This document shows positions 58,814 to 64,000 of a DNA stretch of 64,000 bases, piece after piece. Location: positions 13,097 through 77,096 of the forward strand of contig CAVWZL010000004.1 of assembly GCA_963759495.1 (NCBI GenBank). The letters run 5' to 3'. Below the pieces are notes generated by a model. It saw only the letters and a program-made list of their open reading frames with translations. It was not told where the DNA came from and searched no databases. Both the position numbers and the translations under genes were made by a program. This DNA is from an uncultured Chloroflexia bacterium. Its GTDB lineage: Bacteria; Chloroflexota; Limnocylindria; Limnocylindrales; CSP1-4. Position 1 is the first letter of the stretch, and every line of letters starts with the position of its first letter.

Positions 58814-60220
58814 ATGACGACCGACACCCATGCGACCCTCGAGGCCCATCTGGACGCGACGCGCGACGCGCGAATCGAGAGCTATAAGAGCTTCCTCCGG
58901 ATCCCGAGCATCTCCGCGCTTCCCGAGCACAAGGACGACTGCCGCACCGCGGCGCAGTGGCTCGCGGACGCGCTGACCAGGGCCGGCGCCGAGCATGCCA
59001 GCGTCGAGGAGACGACGGGCCACCCGGTCGTGTATGCCGACTGGCTTCACGCCGGACCCGACGCCCCGACCGTCATCGTCTACGGCCACTACGACGTCCA
59101 GCCCGTCGACCCACTCGACCTGTGGATCTCGCCGCCGTTCGAGCCGATCATCAGGAACGGTCGGATGCTCGCCCGAGGCGCCGCCGACGACAAGGGCCAG
59201 ATCCATCTCCATGTCATGGCGCTCGCGGCGATCCTCGAGGCCAACGGCTCCCTCCCTGTCAACGTGAAGTACGTCTTCGAGGGCGACGAGGAGTTCGAGT
59301 CGACCCACCTTCGGGGCTGGCTGCAGACCAATCGCGACCGCGTCGCCGCGGACGTCGCGATCATCAGCGACACGAGCTTCTTCGACGGCAACCTGCCCGC
59401 GATCACGGTCGGCCTTCGCGGGATCGAGTACATGCAGATCGATGTCGTCGGGACGGCGGTCGATCTCCATTCGGGCTCATTCGGCGGCGCGGTGCAGAAC
59501 CCCGTCAATGCGCTGTGCCAGATCGTCGCTGCGCTCAAGGGTCCCGACGGCCGGATCCGGGTGCCTGGCTTCTACGACGACGTCGTCGAGCTGACCGAGC
59601 AGGATCGCGCGACCCTTGCCGAGCTCCCGTTCGACGAGGACGCCTATCGCGAGTTGCTCGGCGGCGCGGAGCTCGTCGGCGAGTCAGGCTTCACGACGCT
59701 TGAACGCCGCGGCGCCCGCCCCACCCTCGATGTCAACGGCATCTGGGGCGGCTTCCAGGGCGAGGGCCAGAAGACGATCATCCCGGCGCATGCCCACGCC
59801 AAGGTGAGCTGCCGGCTCGTCGCGCGTCAGGACCCCGACCGCATCTTCGAGCTGGTCAGGGCGTACGTCGAGGAGATCGCGCCGCCGGGCGTTCGAACGA
59901 CCGTCAGCCATCTGGGTGGTGGTCGCCCGACCCTGACACCGATCGATCACCCGGCCACACGTGCCGCGGCGCGGGCGCTCGAAGCGACCTTCGGCCGGCC
60001 GCCCCTGTACCAGCGCGAGGGGGGCTCGATCCCGGTCGCGGAGGAGTTCGAGACGATCCTCGGCCTGCCGGTGGTGCTGCTCGGCTTCACGCCACCCGAC
60101 GACAACGCGCATGCGCCGAACGAGTCGATGGACCTCGACAACTACGAGCGCGGCATCCGGTGCGTGGCGCGCCTGTGGGACGAGCTGGCCGCCGGATCAG
60201 TCGCCGGATCGACCGTCTAA
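58814..60220 (+). CDS. M20-family dipeptidase
   Basis: 'FLRIPSISALPEH', 'VIVYGHYDVQPVDPLDLWISPPFEP', 'LARGAADDKGQ', 'VFEGDEEFES', 'GGSIPV' and 'DDNAHAPNESMDL'. Intact. Confidence 0.85.
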   Translation: MTTDTHATLEAHLDATRDARIESYKSFLRIPSISALPEHKDDCRTAAQWLADALTRAGAEHASVEETTGHPVVYADWLHAGPDAPTVIVYGHYDVQPVDPLDLWISPPFEPIIRNGRMLARGAADDKGQIHLHVMALAAILEANGSLPVNVKYVFEGDEEFESTHLRGWLQTNRDRVAADVAIISDTSFFDGNLPAITVGLRGIEYMQIDVVGTAVDLHSGSFGGAVQNPVNALCQIVAALKGPDGRIRVPGFYDDVVELTEQDRATLAELPFDEDAYRELLGGAELVGESGFTTLERRGARPTLDVNGIWGGFQGEGQKTIIPAHAHAKVSCRLVARQDPDRIFELVRAYVEEIAPPGVRTTVSHLGGGRPTLTPIDHPATRAAARALEATFGRPPLYQREGGSIPVAEEFETILGLPVVLLGFTPPDDNAHAPNESMDLDNYERGIRCVARLWDELAAGSVAGSTV

Positions 60221-60329
60221 ATCCGCCGAAGGTACGGTGGCCGGCTGACCCCGATGGCGTGGATGATCGGGCCGAAACCGGGTGCTAGGATGCACCGACC
60301 GCCACACCCCCGGGGAGGATCCTGACCTC

Positions 60330-61418
60330 GTGAGCACCGAAGCCGCCGACCTGCCGAGCAGCACCGCCGAGTCCTCGACCGGCTGGCGCCTGGACACCGA
60401 CAACGGCAGCATGGTCCCGCGCTCGGCGCTGGACGTCCTCGTCGACCTGAACGACAAGGTCACGATGGGCAACGTGCAGGAGTACCAGCCCGTCCCGCTG
60501 GGCTTCACCCCGATGGACAAGACGATCGGCACGGGTCTGCGAGCTGGCGAGCTGCTGCTCATCGGTGGCGCCCAGGGCACGGGCAAGACCACGATGGCCC
60601 TCCAGATGGCACGGAACATCGCCTCGGGCGGCCAGGCGAACGTGCTGTACATCTGCTTCGAGCACGATGAGCTCTACCTGCTCAACCGGCTCATCGCCAT
60701 GGAATCGGCGCTTGCGCACCTCCCGCACAAGACGGGTGCGATCAAGATCCAGGACGTCCGCAAGGAGATCCTCGGCAGCTGGATGGCCGAAGGCGCCGGC
60801 GGACCGCAGCTTGCGAACAACCCGCGGCTCCGTCCGTCGCTCGACCGCATCGCCCGCTACGGGCAGAACCTCTTCCTGATGCGCGGCTCGCAGACCGCGA
60901 GCACGATCGACAACATCCGCAAGCTCGTGCAGCAGCACCGCGTCCTGTCCGGCGATCGGCGGCTCGTCGTGTTCGTCGACTACATGCAGAAGGTGCCGCA
61001 GATCCCCGAGCCCGAGAACGAGTCGGAGAAGGTCACCGCGATCGTCAACGGCCTGAAGGACATCGCCCTCGCCGAGGACGTCCCGTTGATCTCGATCGTC
61101 GCGGCCGACAAGGAGGGCCTCAAGGCATCGCGCCTGCGCAACTTCCACCTGCGCGGCTCGTCGGCCATCAACTACGAGGCCGACATCATCCTGATCCTCA
61201 ACGAGAAGTACCACATCGTTGCGAAGGTCAACATCGAGTTCAACCCGTACCAGGCGCAGCGCTTCCGCGACTGGGTGGTCGTGTCGGTCGAGAAGAACCG
61301 TGGCGGCCAGGACAACGTCGACCTCGAGTTCGAGAAGCACTTCGAGTTCTCCTGCTTCGACCCGAACGGTCGGACCGTGCAGGAGAAGCTCATCGAGGAA
61401 CGCCTCTACAACGATTGA
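60330..61418 (+). CDS. Standalone DnaB-helicase C-terminal (RecA-fold) domain ATPase lacking the DnaB N-terminal domain
   Basis: GTG at 60330 with GGGGAGGA upstream. 'GFTPMDKTIGTGLRAGELLLIGGAQGTGKTTMALQMARNIA' (Walker A), 'VLYICFEHDE', 'LVVFVDYMQKV' (Walker B), 'VPLISIVAADKEG..LRGSSAINYEADIILIL'. Only about 60 aa precede the ATPase core. Intact. Confidence 0.75.
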   Translation: MSTEAADLPSSTAESSTGWRLDTDNGSMVPRSALDVLVDLNDKVTMGNVQEYQPVPLGFTPMDKTIGTGLRAGELLLIGGAQGTGKTTMALQMARNIASGGQANVLYICFEHDELYLLNRLIAMESALAHLPHKTGAIKIQDVRKEILGSWMAEGAGGPQLANNPRLRPSLDRIARYGQNLFLMRGSQTASTIDNIRKLVQQHRVLSGDRRLVVFVDYMQKVPQIPEPENESEKVTAIVNGLKDIALAEDVPLISIVAADKEGLKASRLRNFHLRGSSAINYEADIILILNEKYHIVAKVNIEFNPYQAQRFRDWVVVSVEKNRGGQDNVDLEFEKHFEFSCFDPNGRTVQEKLIEERLYND

Positions 61419-61444
61419 CGCGGGCCGATGACGCCGGCCGGACT

Positions 61445-63127
61445 CTAGAGGCGGCGGGCATCGTCCGCGGCCGAGCGGGCAGCGCTCCACAGCGCGCGCC
61501 GCGCGACCTCGAGCCCCTCGAGCTCGGCCAGCGCATGCTCGTCGACCTGTTGCTTCACCGCGGATGCCACGCTGGTGCGCAGCCGTCCCGCCCAGCGTCG
61601 TCCCACCCAGCCCGCGTGCAGTCCGAGGAGTCGCGCCAGGAGGTAGCCCGCCAGCAGGGCGACGCCGAGAGCGACGAGCGGTGCGGGGAGCGAGCCGATC
61701 ACCGGCACCTGGACGCTGTCGACCGGGGGTCGAGCCAGGATCCAGATCACGATCCATACGACCGACAGCACGACGGCGGCGGTCGCGATCGTCTGCAGCG
61801 CACCCAGCAGCGGCCAGAGGCGACTCGATGGGACGGATCGATCGTGATTGGCGACCGCCCGGTCGACTGCGGCTCCGAGCCCTGTCCTGATGCGATCCGG
61901 CGCCACGCTCGCAGCGAGCACCGGGCGAACGGCAGGGGACGCCTGGCAAATCGGCTCGACCAGTGCCGCCCTGAGCCGCTCGACGGCCGGCGCGAGCGAG
62001 CCACGATCGCGCCACCGAACGAGATAGCCGCCCGGATCGGCAACGCGCGCCTCTCGGCCGGAGAGCCGGTAGACGGCCGATGTGATCAGGCCGATCGGCC
62101 CTGTGCCGCGCGAGCGCGCTCGGGCACGTGTGGCCGCGACTGCCTGACGTTCGAGCCCGGGCAGATCGATCGCGCGCAGGACCTCTGTGGCGACGTCGTC
62201 GATCGCGCTGCGCCGGACGCCCGGGTCCAGGAATGGCTCGGCCGCGACACGCGGGTCGACACCGGCCGAAAGTGCCAGGCGGTCGATCGCGCTGACCATC
62301 GACGTCACGAGACGGGCCCGCACGATGCGCTTGGACTCGACGGACGTTTCGAGCCAGCGCCTGAGCTCGCTGAGACCCTCGGGCCCCGCGGCGGCCGAGG
62401 TGACGAGGACCGGGACGGTGCCTCGGCCGGCGCCACGGCTGATCCGGACCATGTCGCGCTCGAGGTCGCGCCGCAGTTGCTCGCGCGCATTTGCCGCCAG
62501 ACGATCCGCCTTGTTGAGGACCACCACCTGCGTGTGGAGCCGAGGGAGCCAGGTATGGAGGAACTCGTCGTGCAGGACGGCATCGTGGTACTTCTCGGGA
62601 TCCGTGACCCACGCGACGGCGTCAACGCGGGGCAGCACCTCCTCCACCCGTTCCCGGTGCTCGTCCGCGACCGAATCCATGTCGGGCAGGTCGAGGATCG
62701 CGACCCCGGCAAGCTCGGGCGTCGAATGACCGACGACCACGCCGACGCCCAGCCAGTCGAGGAGGCCGCCGAGGTCCGAGTGGCCTTCGTCCGGCACCCA
62801 CGCAACGGCGCGATCGGTCGTGGGACGGCGCACCGATGCCCGGCTGACCGGTGTCCCGGCGAGCCCGTTCAGGACGCTCGACTTGCCGACACCCGTGCCG
62901 CCCACCAGCGCGAGGACGTAGACATCGGCGGGGAACCCGAGTCGTGCACCGGCCTCGCCGCGGACCGCGGCAGCATCCGCCGTCGGAATACCGAGACGCT
63001 CGGCTGCGTCGATTGCCCGATCGAGGCGATCGAGGTACCGCTCGAGTCCGGGACGCGCCGCCGTACCCGCCGCCCAGTCGGGGAGGGGCGGCCGTGCGTC
63101 AGCCGGGGGCTGGAAGGTCGCCGTCAC
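61445..63127 (-). CDS. Dynamin-like/YfjP-type GTPase with C-terminal TM segments
   Basis: GTG at 63127 overlaps the upstream stop (GTGA). G1 'LVGGTGVGKSSVLNGL', G3 'ILDLPDMDS', G4 'VVVLNKAD'. C-terminal hydrophobic pair 'LWPLLGALQTIATAAVVLSVVWIVIWIL' and 'LPAPLVALGVALLAGYLLARLL'. Intact. Confidence 0.75.
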   Translation of the reverse strand: MTATFQPPADARPPLPDWAAGTAARPGLERYLDRLDRAIDAAERLGIPTADAAAVRGEAGARLGFPADVYVLALVGGTGVGKSSVLNGLAGTPVSRASVRRPTTDRAVAWVPDEGHSDLGGLLDWLGVGVVVGHSTPELAGVAILDLPDMDSVADEHRERVEEVLPRVDAVAWVTDPEKYHDAVLHDEFLHTWLPRLHTQVVVLNKADRLAANAREQLRRDLERDMVRISRGAGRGTVPVLVTSAAAGPEGLSELRRWLETSVESKRIVRARLVTSMVSAIDRLALSAGVDPRVAAEPFLDPGVRRSAIDDVATEVLRAIDLPGLERQAVAATRARARSRGTGPIGLITSAVYRLSGREARVADPGGYLVRWRDRGSLAPAVERLRAALVEPICQASPAVRPVLAASVAPDRIRTGLGAAVDRAVANHDRSVPSSRLWPLLGALQTIATAAVVLSVVWIVIWILARPPVDSVQVPVIGSLPAPLVALGVALLAGYLLARLLGLHAGWVGRRWAGRLRTSVASAVKQQVDEHALAELEGLEVARRALWSAARSAADDARRL

Positions 63128-64000
63128 CCGGACGCCGACGACCGCGAGCCGAGCGGGGCGTCGACGTCGACGTTCGCCATCACGGCGCGCAACTCCGGCG
63201 GGAGGCCAACCGGCAATGCCCGGACGTCCGCGGCGGCATCGCGCAGGGCCCCGGCGAGCGCCGTCAGCTCGGTTGAGGTGGGCAGGAGGCGACTGAAGCG
63301 CGCGCGCTCCTCGGTGAACGTCACGGCGAGCGCCGCGTCGAGCCGTTGCCGGGCACCGGTGATCAGCTCGGTCATGGCGGCCTCGCCGAACAGGGCAGAC
63401 AGGAGCTTGTGATTGAGGAAGGCGGTCCCGGCCGCCACGCCGACCTCCGCGCCGGTCAACCCGCCGGTGTGCATGAACGTGCTCAGCATGACGCCCGTCC
63501 CCAGAGCGTTGACGCCCAGCGAGGCTCCACGTGCGAGAACGCGCTTCGGCCGGCCGGTCGCCTGGATGTCGGCGCTGATCGACGCGATCCAGCTGGCAAG
63601 CCGGTCCTTGAGGCGCGGCGCGAACTCGTCCGACGTACCCCACAGCGATGCATCCGCCGCGACGGCCGGGCCGACGCTCGGCACGTCTGCCCATGACGTC
63701 GCCGTTCGGCGCGCGGATTCGGCGGCGTAGCTCCCCGCGACCTCGACGAGGTCATCGATCGTGGCCGCCCGGACCTCCGTGACGGGCGGGTTGGCGGGAC
63801 GCACCAGGGCCGCCAACGCCCCCTTGACCTTGCCGATCCCATCGGAGAAGAAGCGGGTCATCTGGTCGGCTCCGACGAAATCGTGCCACTGGCGGACCGC
63901 CTCCTCGCGAAGGAAGCGCCCACGACCCAGCTCCTCGCGAAGCGCGATGAGCCCGCGCTCGAAATGGTGAACCGCGGTCCGGTGGAGCGCGTCGACGTCG
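63124..64000 (-). CDS. C-terminal part of a second dynamin-like GTPase-family protein (5' end outside the window)
   Basis: The minus frame is open from the window edge ('DVDALHRTAVHHFERGLIALREELGRGRFL..') through 'MTRFFSDGIG' to the stop at 63124. It contains the membrane-associated segment 'GASLGVNALGTGVMLSTFMHTGGLTGAEVGVAAGTAFL'. It is coupled to the downstream GTPase. Confidence 0.6.
   Translation of the reverse strand, partial: DVDALHRTAVHHFERGLIALREELGRGRFLREEAVRQWHDFVGADQMTRFFSDGIGKVKGALAALVRPANPPVTEVRAATIDDLVEVAGSYAAESARRTATSWADVPSVGPAVAADASLWGTSDEFAPRLKDRLASWIASISADIQATGRPKRVLARGASLGVNALGTGVMLSTFMHTGGLTGAEVGVAAGTAFLNHKLLSALFGEAAMTELITGARQRLDAALAVTFTEERARFSRLLPTSTELTALAGALRDAAADVRALPVGLPPELRAVMANVDVDAPLGSRSSASG

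Overview
Very GC-rich (about 70% by eye, not computed) bacterial chromosomal segment. The gene content looks Actinomycetota-like: FhaA/FhaB-RodA-PbpA, MoxR-DUF58-transglutaminase, DUF2342, DUF4446, SftH/MrfA-type helicase. I can support about 55 protein genes, one tRNA(CAU), a few regulatory sites and two in-gene tandem-repeat arrays. I saw no rRNA, CRISPR array, transposase or integrase.

Gene order:
- LacI-controlled sugar ABC transporter.
- A small zinc-ribbon/HTH cluster, then YihY.
- A large zinc-ribbon protein with two acidic tandem-repeat arrays, divergent from fhaA-fhaB-rodA-pbpA.
- moxR-DUF58-transglutaminase, a histidine phosphatase, serA plus a class V aminotransferase, and vapBC.
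- ldh, surE, a lipid kinase, a C39-like peptidase, murJ, tag, rarA, chrA.
- A UvrD-like helicase-nuclease, an M20 amidohydrolase and an agmatinase-family ureohydrolase.
- A roughly 15 kb stretch (methyltransferase, receiver-ParA ATPase, murI, DUF2342, 2-hydroxyacid dehydrogenase, ychF, pfkB kinase, MrfB/MrfA-like pair, NfeD-flotillin).
- tRNA, ftsH, an XRE regulator, an M20 dipeptidase, a standalone DnaB-C-terminal ATPase and two coupled dynamin-like GTPases.

Main caveat: many genes are interrupted by frame changes, and these cluster in blocks (84-3469, repeat array B, 40387-55516). Those genes are listed as pseudogenes, but indel errors in the assembly are the more likely cause. Their end coordinates and frame-change counts are approximate.

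Most unusual items:
- The zinc-ribbon/acidic-repeat protein beside the FHA cluster.
- A 20-bp perfect inverted repeat with a guanidine-riboswitch-like segment upstream of the ureohydrolase.
- A highly structured 465-bp intergenic region between the pbpA and moxR operons.
- A LexA-type box in front of the MrfA-like helicase.
- The DnaB-C-only ATPase next to the GTPase pair.

I found no clearly novel multi-gene system that the sequence alone can prove.
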